From: Thermotogota bacterium
Lineage (GTDB): Bacteria; Thermotogota; Thermotogae; Petrotogales; Petrotogaceae
DNA: 20,748 bases
Assembly (NCBI GenBank): GCA_051748045.1
Contig: JBNJGY010000038.1
Coordinates: forward strand, 1-20,748
Direction of reading: 5' to 3'
A model generated the notes under the pieces. The model was not told the origin of the DNA. It ran no database searches and worked only from the letters and a program-made list of their open reading frames with translations. This document shows, piece by piece, positions 1-10,336 of the stretch. Both the position numbers and the translations under genes were made by a program. Positions within the stretch are counted from its first letter, which is position 1. Each line of letters begins with the position of its first letter.

Positions 1-213
1 CTTCACAAGATCGAATTATAGAAAAAATAATATCTTCAATCACTTGGAAATGCTAAAAATTGCAAACTCACAAAAAGCAGTTCAAACATACAATTTTTTT
101 AACGCATTTCATTGCGTTCTTTCAGATAAATTTTGTACTATAATTCTCAATAGTTCATCGCATCTATTTATTATTTTAAAATATTTAATAACATTTTATA
201 TTAAAAGCTTAAG

Positions 214-287
214 GTTGGAAGTAAAAAACATTGTTAAACACCTAAAACATTATAAAAACCTCCAACCTCCAACTTCCATCATCCAAC
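214..287 (+). repeat. Dispersed heptamer-armed intergenic repeat, copy 1
   Basis: gttggaagtaaaaaacattgttaaacacctaaaacattataaaaacctccaacctccaacttccatcatccaac aligns by hand to the reverse complement of 20585-20657 with 6 mismatches and 1 gap in 74 columns. The ends are mutually inverted (gttgga...tccaac). Confidence 0.9.
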
Positions 288-302
288 CAAAGGGGGGTTT
301 TT

Positions 303-974
303 ATGGATATAAAAGTATTTTTAGTTGAAGACGAAGAAGACTTGAATAAAGTTTTGACATCATATTTAAAAAAAGAAAATTGGATAGTTAAAAGTTTCTA
401 TGATGGAAAGTCAGCTGAATTATCCATAGGAGAACAGCCAGACCTCTGGATATTAGATATTATGCTTCCTGATATAGATGGATATGAATTGATTAAAGAA
501 ATAAAAGAAAAAACCCCTAAAACACCTGTTATTTTTATATCTGCAAGAGATGCTCAAATAGACCGAGTAGTAGGACTTGATATGGGAAGTGATGATTACC
601 TTGCAAAACCTTTTTTACCTAGAGAGTTAGTTATAAGAGCTAAAAAAATTCTTGAAAGAACACAAGGATACACTGAAAAAACAGAAAATATAACATTATC
701 AAAATATCTTATAAATTTTTCTCAAAGAAAAATTTTCGATGAGAATAATAAAGATATTGACTTAACTTCAAAAGAATTTGATATGATAGCTTTTTTCGCA
801 AAAAATGCTAATAATGCATATTCTAGAGAAAAACTTTTAGAAAAAATATGGGGTTATGATTATTACGGTTCTGAAAGAGTTGTTGATGATTTAATCAGAA
901 GGTTAAGAAAAAAAATGCCTGAAGTAAATATCGAAACCATCTATGGGTATGGATATAGGATGATGAAAAAATGA
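303..974 (+). CDS. cssR: OmpR-family response regulator, CssR-like
   Basis: Receiver motifs LVEDE, LWILDIMLP, FISAR and DYLAKPF, then a winged-helix (LTSKEFD, RVVDDLIRRLRKK, IETIYGYGY). From memory it closely resembles B. subtilis CssR. G-rich SD at 291-297. Confidence 0.9.
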   Translation: MDIKVFLVEDEEDLNKVLTSYLKKENWIVKSFYDGKSAELSIGEQPDLWILDIMLPDIDGYELIKEIKEKTPKTPVIFISARDAQIDRVVGLDMGSDDYLAKPFLPRELVIRAKKILERTQGYTEKTENITLSKYLINFSQRKIFDENNKDIDLTSKEFDMIAFFAKNANNAYSREKLLEKIWGYDYYGSERVVDDLIRRLRKKMPEVNIETIYGYGYRMMKK

Positions 975-2332
975 TGAAAAAATCATTATTTTGGGAAATA
1001 ATTTTTTATTTCACTATAGCTATTTTAATTACTTTAATTTCTATTTGGACTATAAACAGAATAGCCCTCAGAAGCTTTTTTACTGAAGAAACATATAATA
1101 ACATTGATTCTGCTCAAGAATACGTTTTAGAAACAGGAAGAGTTGGTGTCATGAATATGATGATGTCAAGGCAAGATGTTTCAGAGAGCCAGTTGCTTAG
1201 AGAAATAAGAAGTGTTGAGCATATAATCTTAAATAAGGATATGAAAGTAGTTAATTTAAGAGGTATGAATAGAATCATTCAAAATCAAAACTTTTTATCT
1301 CAAATTAAAGAAGACATAATTAACGAAAATTATAAAGGACTTTTTAATACAAAAGAAAAAAATGATGTAATTTATTATAAAATAAGATCCATTAATTATG
1401 AAAATGAAGTGTATTATTTAGTTTCTTTTCTTCCTAATGAATATAAAGTAGAGCTTGAGAATTCTCTATTTCAAAAATTACTGATTGGCTCACTTATTCC
1501 ACTTATGGTTTCTTTATTCTTCGCTGCTATGTTTTCAAAAAGACTTTCTAAACCACTTATAAAATTACAAAAAATAGTGAACAAAATCTCCAAAAGACAA
1601 TGGGAAGAAAAAGTAGAGATCAACAGAAATGACGAAATAGGTTTGTTAGCTGATTCAATAGAAAAGATGAGAAAGAAATTAATTGAAAATGATAAATCAC
1701 AAGAAGCTACCCTACAATACATGTCTCATGAGCTTAAGACTCCTATAATGATAATGAGAAGCTATACTCAATCAATAAAGGATGGAATTTATCCAAAAGA
1801 TAATTTAGAAAACTCTCTTGATGTAATTGAAAAAGAAAGCTATTTACTTGAAAAAAGAATAAAAGATATGATTTTTTTCTCAAAACTAAAATTCATTTCA
1901 GGTTATCAAAAAGAACACACTGAACTGAATCTTAAAAAATTATTTTTAAGTGTCTATAATAGATTTAAAGACTTTAATACAAGCATTCAATGGAATTTAA
2001 TATTAAATGATGTAATAGTCAACGGAAACGAAGAACAATGGATAATTGTCTTTGAGAATATTTTGGAAAACTTCATTAGATATGCTGAAAGAAAAATTGA
2101 TATTAAAATAACTGAATCAGAAGAAAAAATAAACCTTAGATTTTATAATGATGGCCCAGAAATAGAAGAGACCATTTTTGATAAATTGTTCTTTGCTTAT
2201 GAAAAAGGGGAAAAAGGACAAAGCGGTCTTGGCCTTGCAATAATCAAAAGGATAATTAACCTTTATGGGGGAGAAATAAAAGTAAAAAATGAAGATGATG
2301 GAGTTTCTTTTTATATAATAATTGAAAAATAA
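971..2332 (+). CDS. cssS: HAMP-domain sensor histidine kinase, CssS-like
   Basis: Two TM segments, HAMP (RNDEIGLLADSIEKM), H-box SHELKTPIMIMRSYTQSIKDGIYP (CssS-type), N-box ENILENFIRYA and G-boxes (NDGP, GQSGLGLAI). ATGA overlap with the regulator stop codon. Confidence 0.9.
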   Translation: MMKKSLFWEIIFYFTIAILITLISIWTINRIALRSFFTEETYNNIDSAQEYVLETGRVGVMNMMMSRQDVSESQLLREIRSVEHIILNKDMKVVNLRGMNRIIQNQNFLSQIKEDIINENYKGLFNTKEKNDVIYYKIRSINYENEVYYLVSFLPNEYKVELENSLFQKLLIGSLIPLMVSLFFAAMFSKRLSKPLIKLQKIVNKISKRQWEEKVEINRNDEIGLLADSIEKMRKKLIENDKSQEATLQYMSHELKTPIMIMRSYTQSIKDGIYPKDNLENSLDVIEKESYLLEKRIKDMIFFSKLKFISGYQKEHTELNLKKLFLSVYNRFKDFNTSIQWNLILNDVIVNGNEEQWIIVFENILENFIRYAERKIDIKITESEEKINLRFYNDGPEIEETIFDKLFFAYEKGEKGQSGLGLAIIKRIINLYGGEIKVKNEDDGVSFYIIIEK

Positions 2333-2363
2333 TTTTTCTGTCATATGCAAAGGGGGATTCACA

Positions 2364-3377
2364 ATGAAAGAACAAGAAATTTTAGAAAAAGTAAATTTAT
2401 GTGATGAAAAAGGGGATTTAAATAAAAACAGCATTGGTTGGGCTAGAAAACCAATTTTTAATCTTAATTTAAAAGGTCATCCTTTTAGAAAGAAGAGATG
2501 GAATTATTGGGCATTTATTAACGATGACTGTCTATTTTCTGCTACAATTACTGATCTTGATTATGCTGGAATGGCTTTTATTTATTTTTATGATTTTAAA
2601 TCTAAAGATTTTATAGAAAAAACCATAACTACTCCTTTTGGAAAAGATGTTAAAATGGAAAATAAAGTTTATTCAGATACATTTTTTGATAACAAAAACA
2701 TGAAAATTAGAATGACTTATGAAAACGAAACGACTACTATAACAGTAGACTCTGATGATTTTAAATCAAAAAAATTCAAAGCAAAGCTAAAAGTATTTCA
2801 ACCAAAAGATTATGATACTTTAAATGTTGTAATTCCTTGGGATAAAAAACATTTTCAATTCACTTCAAAACAAGAAGGACTTGAATGTGAAGGATATATT
2901 CATATAGACAATAAAAATTATGATTTTGAAAGAAATAACTCTTTCGCCACACTTGACTTTGGAAGAGGGGTATGGCCTCGTGAAATAAGTTGGAATTGGG
3001 CCAATGCTGGGGGATATTCTGAGGGAAAGAAAATAGGCTTGAATTTAGGGGCTAAATGGACAGATAACACTGGAATGACAGAAAATGCATTAGTAATAAA
3101 TGGAGATTTGATTAAAATTAGTGAAGATGTTATTTTTTCTTATGATAAAAATGATTTGATGAAACCTTGGAAATTAAAGACAAAAGATACTGATCAAGTC
3201 AATTTGACTTTTACACCTGTTTATAAAAGACTAGCTAAGACAAATTTTTTAATAATCAAATCAGATATTTATCAGATGATTGGATATTTCTCTGGTTATA
3301 TAAAAGATAAAAATAATAAAAAAATAAAAATAGAGAATTTAGCTGGATGTTCAGAAGAGCATTTTGCAAAATGGTAA
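2364..3377 (+). CDS. DUF2804 family protein
   Basis: Motifs GWARKP, KKRWNYW, LDFGRGVWP, WNWA and GLNLGAKWTDNTGMTENA. Start moved from 2322 to ATG 2364, which follows the SD aaggggg. Confidence 0.8.
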   Translation: MKEQEILEKVNLCDEKGDLNKNSIGWARKPIFNLNLKGHPFRKKRWNYWAFINDDCLFSATITDLDYAGMAFIYFYDFKSKDFIEKTITTPFGKDVKMENKVYSDTFFDNKNMKIRMTYENETTTITVDSDDFKSKKFKAKLKVFQPKDYDTLNVVIPWDKKHFQFTSKQEGLECEGYIHIDNKNYDFERNNSFATLDFGRGVWPREISWNWANAGGYSEGKKIGLNLGAKWTDNTGMTENALVINGDLIKISEDVIFSYDKNDLMKPWKLKTKDTDQVNLTFTPVYKRLAKTNFLIIKSDIYQMIGYFSGYIKDKNNKKIKIENLAGCSEEHFAKW

Positions 3378-3407
3378 AACAAAAGGCATCTTAAGATGCC
3401 TTTTGTT
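3378..3407. terminator. Bidirectional intrinsic terminator
   Basis: Perfect 30-bp palindrome aacaaaaggcatcttaagatgccttttgtt between convergent genes. Confidence 0.85.
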
Positions 3408-3416
3408 ATTTTTATA

Positions 3417-4250
3417 TTATTCAATTGTAATTTCTATCCCATTGTCATCAGGAACTGTTATAGATTCTGTAGCTGTTGGTGTATCTGGTAATGTTATAGT
3501 AGAATTTTCTGATTCTTTAAATTCAATATTATTTGGATTATATATATTTAAGATATAATTTCCATCTTCTACTCGACCAAATCTAAATTCTCCTGAAGAG
3601 TTTGTCATAGTAGTTGCTAAAGCTGTATCATTTTCAGTTAATCTTAAAAACCATTGAGAATCTCCTGAAATTTCTCCATAAAAGTGTTTTCTTTCCTGAT
3701 TTCTTTCTCTATGATTTAATTTTAAAACAGGTTTCATTTTATATTCATCCATACCAGGAACATAAATTATAGACTCTGATACATCAAAATCAATTATCAA
3801 ATCTTTTCCATTTTCTCCAACATTAATAGATACTCCAGCTATATTAATATCTCTACTAGGTGAAGTTCCCATACCCATAACATATACAGGTTCACTATTT
3901 CCATTTATTGTCGCTGTTGCTGGATTACCGATATTCACTTTAATACTTTCAATAGTTGCTTCTGGGTTAATCTCAAAATCAAACAATTCAGTTTCAGTTG
4001 CTGCAAGTGTTAAAAGGTCAATATTTCTTTCAACTAAATTAGTTGTTGAATCAGTACCATCAGGAGTTTCATAATTTATAGTAACTGCATTAATATCTAC
4101 AAAAAATTCTTCAAGTCCTGATATTGGTTTGTCTGTTAAGAAAACACCCACTCTTGAAGTTTCTTCATTATCTCCTGTTAAACCAGTACAAGAAACTAAA
4201 AAAACTGAAAGTACAATAGCAAAAACAAAAAACACTAATTTCCTACTCAT
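3417..4250 (-). CDS. DUF4382-domain lipoprotein with C-terminal carboxypeptidase-regulatory-like beta domain
   Basis: Signal peptide with lipobox LVSC; DUF4382-like motifs VFLTDKP, IDLLTL, IDFDVSESI and YKMKPVL; C-terminal TTMTNSSGEFRFGRVEDGNYIL. SD aagggagtga upstream. Confidence 0.75.
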   Translation of the reverse strand: MSRKLVFFVFAIVLSVFLVSCTGLTGDNEETSRVGVFLTDKPISGLEEFFVDINAVTINYETPDGTDSTTNLVERNIDLLTLAATETELFDFEINPEATIESIKVNIGNPATATINGNSEPVYVMGMGTSPSRDINIAGVSINVGENGKDLIIDFDVSESIIYVPGMDEYKMKPVLKLNHRERNQERKHFYGEISGDSQWFLRLTENDTALATTMTNSSGEFRFGRVEDGNYILNIYNPNNIEFKESENSTITLPDTPTATESITVPDDNGIEITIE

Positions 4251-4314
4251 AGTATCACTCCCTTAATAAAATAAAAAATAAAAAATAAAAATAATATTTA
4301 CCCTTCACTTAATT

Positions 4315-4343
4315 ATCGTAGAAGTATACACTATGATTAGCAA
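4315..4343 (-). promoter_or_regulatory. Putative sigma-70 promoter for the lipoprotein gene
   Basis: Minus strand TTGCTA (4343-4338), 17-bp spacer, TACGAT (4320-4315). Confidence 0.4.
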
Positions 4344-4345
4344 GA

Positions 4346-5224
4346 TTAATCATCTAATTCAGTGAAACCTATTCCTATCGCGCCAGGTCCAGAGTGAGCC
4401 CCGATTACCGCTCCAAGCATCCCTGAATTTATTTCACCGTCATAGTTTAATTTGTCTTTTAACTTTTCAACCATGTATTTTTCATCTTCTTCAAACATGG
4501 CACTTCTAGTACAAAGAACTATTTTTTTTGGGTCTTTAACTCTGTCTGCTATTATATCAACCATCTTATCTAAAGATCTTCTTCTTGTTCTAACAGCTTT
4601 AATAGGTTTAACTACTCCATCTACAAATTCACTAATAGGCTTTATCTTTAAAAGTGTACCAACAAATTCGGTAGCTCCACCTATCCTTCCTCCAGCTTTC
4701 ATATATTTTAAAGTTTTTACACTGAATAATGTAGTGGTTTTTCCAATAGATTCTTTTGCTATTTTTGATATTTCTTCAAAAGATTTTTCTCCATTTTTTA
4801 TTAATTCACCAATTTTTATCTCTAAAGCAGCTTGTCCACAAGTGCAAGTTCTTGTGTCAATCAAAGATATTTTTGTATCCTCATGTTTTTTTAAAAAATC
4901 ATTTTTTGCTATATAAGCGTTTTGATAACTTGCAGATAGTTCATTAGAAATTGTTGTAACAATAATGTTTTTAAAACCATTATTATATTTTTCTTCAAAA
5001 ATCTTAATCCAGTCTTCTGAATTAGGGGCAGCTGTTTTTGGAACTCTATCAGGATTTTCTGCCATTCTTTTATAGAATTCTTCATCCGAAATATCCTTAC
5101 CTTGAATGAGATATTCTTTACCGTCAAAAGTTATGTAAAATGGAATTTTAGATATGTTATATTTATCCAAAATTCTATTTGGTAAATTACTAGCTGAATC
5201 TACAACTTGTGCTATTTTTTCCAT
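4346..5224 (-). CDS. degV: DegV/FakB family fatty-acid-binding protein
   Basis: Motifs VVDSASNLP, PKTAAP, TISNELSASYQNA, IDTRT, YMKAGGRIG, LKIKPI and VIGAHSGPGAIGIGF. SD aaggggga. Confidence 0.92.
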   Translation of the reverse strand: MEKIAQVVDSASNLPNRILDKYNISKIPFYITFDGKEYLIQGKDISDEEFYKRMAENPDRVPKTAAPNSEDWIKIFEEKYNNGFKNIIVTTISNELSASYQNAYIAKNDFLKKHEDTKISLIDTRTCTCGQAALEIKIGELIKNGEKSFEEISKIAKESIGKTTTLFSVKTLKYMKAGGRIGGATEFVGTLLKIKPISEFVDGVVKPIKAVRTRRRSLDKMVDIIADRVKDPKKIVLCTRSAMFEEDEKYMVEKLKDKLNYDGEINSGMLGAVIGAHSGPGAIGIGFTELDD

Positions 5225-5344
5225 TTTGACTCCCCCTTAAATAATTTATTCAATTTAATTATATCAATAAAAAGAACAAAATTAAATTTTTAATTAAAAT
5301 CATAAAAAATAATACAAAATTTACTTTTCTGATTGCCTAATATA

Positions 5345-5353
5345 TGATAAAAT
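5345..5353 (+). promoter_or_regulatory. Putative extended -10 element upstream of MCP-1
   Basis: TGATAAAAT about 35 bp upstream of ATG 5388, followed by SD gggagg. Confidence 0.35.
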
Positions 5354-5387
5354 AAGTAGAATAACTTATAGTATAGGGAGGTAATGT

Positions 5388-7073
5388 ATGAAACTGAAGA
5401 TAGGACAGAAACTCATAGTTTTTTTTGTAACTTTTTTGATAGCTTCAATTGGTATAGTCGTTATCCTTTATAGTAACACTATATTAAATATAGTCAAAGA
5501 TTTGAGAGATGATAACCTTGAAAGCGTTTATACATTAACAAATGAAATTATAAATGAAAAAATACCTGGCAATTGGAACATACAAGATGGAGAATTATTT
5601 AAAGGTGAAACTAAAATAACAGGTAACCAAAACCTTGCTAACAACCTGAAAAATACAACAAATGCCGATATTACTTTTTTTGTAAATAACAAAAGAACAG
5701 CAACAACAATAAGAAATGCATCTGGAAACTTAGCTTTAAATACTACTTTGAATAATGATATTTATCAAAAAGTTATCGATGATAGAATTATATACACTGA
5801 TTCAGAATTGTTTGGAACCCTTTATAGAGCTGTTTACGCTGAACTAACAAACAAAGGGAATACTGTGGGTATACTCTTTATGGGCTTTGATTATAAAGAA
5901 GTTGAGAATGAAGCAGTTTCTTCAATTTGGACAACTTTATTTTTCTCTATAATAGTAGCAATTATTGGAGCTATTCTGTTCTTTTTCTATATGAATAAGG
6001 GTATTTCTATGCCTTTAAAATATTTATCAGCACAGGTAATAGAATTTGGAAAAGGTAATTTAAAAGTTAGATTCAAACAAAAAACGCAAGATTCTATCGG
6101 TAATATGGCTGGTGCTTTAAAAGATATGACTGAAAATCTTAGAGATTCTATAACAAATGTAAAAAAACAAAGTGAATTGCTAAACAAATCTTCTAATGAA
6201 ATGAAAGATATTAGTAATGAATCAAGAAACAATATTAGAAAAGTTCTTGACGATGTTAGCGATTTCAGTGATCATACTGAAGAAGCTACAACAAATGTAA
6301 ATGAGATTAATGCTGCTATAGAAGAAATTACATCAAGTTCTGAAAATATAGCAAAAGCTTCTCAAGAACTAGCAAAGAAGTCTAATGCAACCGCTAATAT
6401 TGCCAACGAAGGAACTGATATTGTCAATAAGTCAGGAAAAATAATTCATGATACAGTTGCACAAGCCGAAGAAAATGAAAAAACTTCTACAGAAGTTTCA
6501 AATAGTGCTGAAGAAGTTGGAAGAATTTTAGAAACGATAAATTCAATAACTGAACAAACTAATTTATTAGCCTTAAACGCTGCAATAGAAGCATCACGTG
6601 CAGGAGAAGCCGGAAGAGGTTTTTCTGTTGTAGCAGATGAAATAAGAAAATTAGCAGAAGAAAGTCAATCTGCTACTGAGGAAATAGCAAAAATTCTAAA
6701 CAACGTTAAAAATGGAGCTAAAAAAGCTAAAAATGTTTCTAACAAAACAAAAGACATGGTTGAAAAAGTTAATTCTGATTTTGAAGAAATTGAAGATAAA
6801 TTTAAAAACATAGGTTCCAATGTTTTACAAATGAACACAATGATAGAAGATCTAACTTCTTCAAGCGAAGAACAATCAGCATCAACAGAAGAAATAAGTG
6901 GAACTATGAATTCTATTTCTGAATCTATGGAAGAAATGAGAAATAAAATCGATAATATCAATAGAGCTATGGGGCAACAGGTCAAAAACATCGAGAGTGT
7001 TGCAACTCATTCAGAGGAATTAAAAGATTTATCAGATAATTTAAGAGATTCTGTAAACCAATATAACATTTAA
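5388..7073 (+). CDS. Methyl-accepting chemotaxis protein (single Cache-type sensor, HAMP)
   Basis: TM-sensor-TM-HAMP layout; signalling hairpin [38 protein letters not shown]; methylation-type heptads [18 protein letters not shown] and ASTEEISGT. Confidence 0.93.
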   Translation: MKLKIGQKLIVFFVTFLIASIGIVVILYSNTILNIVKDLRDDNLESVYTLTNEIINEKIPGNWNIQDGELFKGETKITGNQNLANNLKNTTNADITFFVNNKRTATTIRNASGNLALNTTLNNDIYQKVIDDRIIYTDSELFGTLYRAVYAELTNKGNTVGILFMGFDYKEVENEAVSSIWTTLFFSIIVAIIGAILFFFYMNKGISMPLKYLSAQVIEFGKGNLKVRFKQKTQDSIGNMAGALKDMTENLRDSITNVKKQSELLNKSSNEMKDISNESRNNIRKVLDDVSDFSDHTEEATTNVNEINAAIEEITSSSENIAKASQELAKKSNATANIANEGTDIVNKSGKIIHDTVAQAEENEKTSTEVSNSAEEVGRILETINSITEQTNLLALNAAIEASRAGEAGRGFSVVADEIRKLAEESQSATEEIAKILNNVKNGAKKAKNVSNKTKDMVEKVNSDFEEIEDKFKNIGSNVLQMNTMIEDLTSSSEEQSASTEEISGTMNSISESMEEMRNKIDNINRAMGQQVKNIESVATHSEELKDLSDNLRDSVNQYNI

Positions 7074-7089
7074 AATAACTGTTTAAGTT

Positions 7090-7118
7090 AGGGATGGATT
7101 TAATTCCATCCCTTTTTT
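7090..7118 (+). terminator. Intrinsic terminator after MCP-1
   Basis: Stem agggatgga (7090-7098) / tccatccct (7105-7113) followed by a T-tract. Confidence 0.85.
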
Positions 7119-7199
7119 ATATTATAGAAACATTAAATTGCTAAAATTATAGATGATTAAATAATTAATGTAAACTCCAAAAACAAGGAGGGTTTTGCT

Positions 7200-8072
7200 T
7201 TGATAAAAGTAGAAAATATAAAAAAATATTATGGAAAATATCTTGGGGTTGAAGATATAAGTTTTGAAATTACAAAAGGTGAAATTTATGGTCTTATAGG
7301 GCCTAATGGTGCTGGTAAAACTACTACTATTAGAGCTATGATGGGTATGATTTCTATAGATAAAGGTTCTATAACAATAGGGAATAAAAATATTCCACAT
7401 GATTTAAAACAGATAAAAAGAAAAATAGGTTATTTACCTGGAGAAGTCAATTTTTATGAAAATATGAAAGTAAAAGACTTTTTTGATTTCAATGATAAAT
7501 TTTATAAAAACATAGATAAAAAATATGAAAAAGAATTAATTGAATTATTGGAATTAGAAACAAATAAAAAGTTCAAAGAATTATCAATGGGAAATAAAAA
7601 AAAGGTGGGAATCATACAAGCAATAATACATAAACCCGAGTATATAGTATTTGATGAACCAACTAATGGACTTGATCCTTTACTACAACAAAAACTTTAT
7701 GAAATTCTGAAAAATGAAAAAGATAGAGGGGCAACAATTTTATTTTCATCTCATATTCTTTCTGAAGTTGAGAAAATTTGTGACAGAGTTGGAATAATGA
7801 AAAAAGGAAAAATCATTAAAGAAAGTGACATTGCTGAAATATCAAAAATCTCTAAAAAGGCAATAACAATTTATAATTTAAAAAACAAAAAAGAATTTAG
7901 CAACTTTGAAATAAAAGAAGAATCAGGTTCATTTATAACTTATTTAGTAAAAACTCAAAATTTAAACTCTTTTTTTGAAAAATTATCAAAAAGTTCTTAT
8001 GATGATGTGGAAATTAAAAAACCTTCTCTAGAAGAGATATTTATTGATTACTATAGGAGTGATGAGTCATGA
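7200..8072 (+). CDS. ABC-2 type exporter ATP-binding protein
   Basis: Walker A GPNGAGKTT, signature LSMGNKKK, Walker B IVFDEPTNGLDP, H-loop SSH. TTG start after SD aaggagg; extended -10 TGCTAAAAT at 7139-7147. Confidence 0.93.
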   Translation: MIKVENIKKYYGKYLGVEDISFEITKGEIYGLIGPNGAGKTTTIRAMMGMISIDKGSITIGNKNIPHDLKQIKRKIGYLPGEVNFYENMKVKDFFDFNDKFYKNIDKKYEKELIELLELETNKKFKELSMGNKKKVGIIQAIIHKPEYIVFDEPTNGLDPLLQQKLYEILKNEKDRGATILFSSHILSEVEKICDRVGIMKKGKIIKESDIAEISKISKKAITIYNLKNKKEFSNFEIKEESGSFITYLVKTQNLNSFFEKLSKSSYDDVEIKKPSLEEIFIDYYRSDES

Positions 8073-8875
8073 ACTTTAACTTATTGAAAAAAGAATTAAA
8101 ATTCACATATAAAAGTCTTTTTTTATGGACTTTATTGTTTGTTTTATTTACCGCCATGTATATACCCATAAGCAATCAATTACTTTCACAATCTGGGGAT
8201 TTAATGAAGTTTATAGAAAGTATGCCAAAATTTCTTTTAGAATCATTCAATTTCAACGAACAAATGTTTACTAAGCCGGAAGGAATATTCGGTTCAGAAG
8301 GTATGAGTTTTGTTTATATTTTAGGTGCTGTTTTTTCTGCTATGCTAATAAGTAAAGTATTCGCCAATGAATATGAAAAGGGAACTATTGAGTATCTATG
8401 TGTTAAACCTATTAGTAGGTCTAATTTATACATTACAAAATTTGTAAATATCTTAATAAATATTCTTTTTTTGAATATTATTTTTACAATTTCTGTACTA
8501 TCTATGTTCGCTATTTTCATGGAATATGATTATAATCCTGAAATACTTTTAGGCTTTGGAATCTATTCCTTAACAGTACAAATTTTTTTCTCTTCAATAT
8601 CAATTATAATAAGTATTTTAACCCAAAATAGCTCTTCTAATATGGGAATCTCAGTAGGGATTTTGATTTTTATGTATTTTGGAGATACTATGGCAAATAT
8701 GATTTCTTCAACCAGTTGGATAAAATATTTTAGTATTTTTCACTATATTCCATTAGTAGAAACTGTTTTGGAAGATAAAGTTTTTTGGATCAATTCTTTA
8801 TTTATAATACTCATTTCACTTGGAATATATTACTTTTCATACTACTTATTTAAAAATAAAGATATTAATTTATAA
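8069..8875 (+). CDS. ABC-2 type exporter permease
   Basis: About 6 hydrophobic segments and the motif EYEKGTIEYLCVKPISRSNLYITK. ATGA overlap with the ATPase gene. Confidence 0.88.
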   Translation: MNFNLLKKELKFTYKSLFLWTLLFVLFTAMYIPISNQLLSQSGDLMKFIESMPKFLLESFNFNEQMFTKPEGIFGSEGMSFVYILGAVFSAMLISKVFANEYEKGTIEYLCVKPISRSNLYITKFVNILINILFLNIIFTISVLSMFAIFMEYDYNPEILLGFGIYSLTVQIFFSSISIIISILTQNSSSNMGISVGILIFMYFGDTMANMISSTSWIKYFSIFHYIPLVETVLEDKVFWINSLFIILISLGIYYFSYYLFKNKDINL

Positions 8876-9008
8876 AATTTTTAACTATAAATAGTTTATG
8901 TATTCTCGGTGTTTTATTAACATTTAAAATGATTTTATAACTAAAATTTAATTTTCATATAATACAAAATAATTTTAATTTGTTAGAATGTTTAAGGAGC
9001 TTATCTAT

Positions 9009-9725
9009 ATGATGAAAATAGAAAACAATAAAAATAACCTTTTTAAAACATATATAATATGTGGTAAGTATAAAAATTCTTTGGTAAAAACCGAAAATTT
9101 TGAAAGTATATTTATAAAAAATAATTATTGGCCAGAATATACTTTTAACATAGATTCTAATTTTATTTTAGAGATCGAAAGCATTAAACAAAAGATTAAA
9201 AATCATGAAATATCTAATAATTTTTTAATTTTTTCAGATAATCTACAAACAAAAAATATTTTAGATAAAAACAACTACAAACCAAAAGATCTATGGCATA
9301 TAATGAACCTAGAGAAAGATACCGTTTTTATGACTACAGAAAAAAAAGATACTAATTTTAAAATAAAAAAATTAAAAAAAGAAAATTTATATCTTTGGAA
9401 TGACTTTATAGGCCTAGATATTGATTTTGTAGAGTTTTTATATGATAATGATTTTCATTTTTATGTTTTAATGATTGATGATTTAGTTGTTTCAACATCT
9501 TTATTTAATATTATAGATAATTCAGTAAATATATATATGGTTGGTACAAAAAAAGAATTCAGAAATAAAGGTTACGCATCGACTTTGATGAAAAATAATT
9601 TAAATGGTTTTATTAATAAAGGTTTAAAAAAATTTTATTTACAATCTACTCACTTGGGTAAAAAACTATATGATTCTTTAGGCTTTAGTAAAGTAGGAGA
9701 AGCTTGGATATACAATATTTTATAA
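9009..9725 (+). CDS. GNAT family N-acetyltransferase
   Basis: C-terminal acetyl-CoA motif A (VGTKKEFRNKGYAS) and motif B (LQSTHLGKKLYDSLGF). Start moved from 8988 to ATG 9009, 9 nt after AAGGAG. Confidence 0.85.
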   Translation: MMKIENNKNNLFKTYIICGKYKNSLVKTENFESIFIKNNYWPEYTFNIDSNFILEIESIKQKIKNHEISNNFLIFSDNLQTKNILDKNNYKPKDLWHIMNLEKDTVFMTTEKKDTNFKIKKLKKENLYLWNDFIGLDIDFVEFLYDNDFHFYVLMIDDLVVSTSLFNIIDNSVNIYMVGTKKEFRNKGYASTLMKNNLNGFINKGLKKFYLQSTHLGKKLYDSLGFSKVGEAWIYNIL

Positions 9726-9737
9726 TGAGGAATTTAT

Positions 9738-10322
9738 ATGAATAGAGATTTTTTCAAAAAAGATGCTGTTGATTTAGCAAAGAGACTGTTAGGTAAAAAA
9801 TTAATAAGAAATGTTGAAGGAAAGAAAATCACTTCAATAATCACAGAAACAGAAGCATATGTTGGCCCTGAAGATAAAGGATCCCATGCTTTTAACAATA
9901 AACGAACTAAAAGAACTGAAACAATGTTTAAAGAAGGTGGTCATGCCTATATTTATTTGATATATGGAATGTATAACTGCCTAAATGTTGTTTGCGCTGA
10001 AAAAGATAAACCTGAAGCTGTTTTAATTAGATCTATAGAACCTTTAGACAATTTAGATTATATAAAAAAACAAAGAAATATTAAATCTAATAAAATAAAA
10101 GATTTGACAAATGGCCCTGGTAAACTTTGCCAAGCCTTAAATATAGATACTACCCTCGACGGTATCAATCTTTTAAGTAATAATGAGCTTTATATAGAAG
10201 ATAATGATTTAAAACCAAAAATAGTTTCAGCTAAAAGAATAAATATAGATTACGCAGAAGAATATGTTCATAAATTTTGGAGATTCTATATTAAAGATAA
10301 TAAATTTATCTCAAAAAAATAA
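9738..10322 (+). CDS. mpg: DNA-3-methyladenine glycosylase (AAG/MPG family)
   Basis: Motifs LAKRLLGK, ITETEAYVG, AYIYLIYGMYNCLNVV, AVLIRSIEP, NGPGKLCQAL and WRFY. Confidence 0.93.
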   Translation: MNRDFFKKDAVDLAKRLLGKKLIRNVEGKKITSIITETEAYVGPEDKGSHAFNNKRTKRTETMFKEGGHAYIYLIYGMYNCLNVVCAEKDKPEAVLIRSIEPLDNLDYIKKQRNIKSNKIKDLTNGPGKLCQALNIDTTLDGINLLSNNELYIEDNDLKPKIVSAKRINIDYAEEYVHKFWRFYIKDNKFISKK

Positions 10323-10336
10323 TGGAGGTGTAGTTT

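Noticed and set aside
1-118. Possible 3' end of an upstream gene (frame 3, stop at 54-56) and small dyad aacgca/tgcgtt at 101-118
   Set aside because: Too little sequence to support a CDS call; a 6-bp dyad is not significant alone.
214-287. CRISPR array interpretation of the heptamer repeats
   Set aside because: Units are 7 bp, tandem and without unique spacers; no cas genes are present.
44-328. 94-aa ORF
   Set aside because: No SD or recognisable domain; it runs through the intergenic repeat and overlaps the cssR start out of frame.
4265-4295. (A4-6T)n low-complexity run upstream of the lipoprotein SD
   Set aside because: Irregular unit length in very AT-rich DNA; no evidence for phase variation.
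5225-5387. Sigma-28 promoter for MCP-1
   Set aside because: No TAAA-N15-GCCGATAA-like match found by eye.
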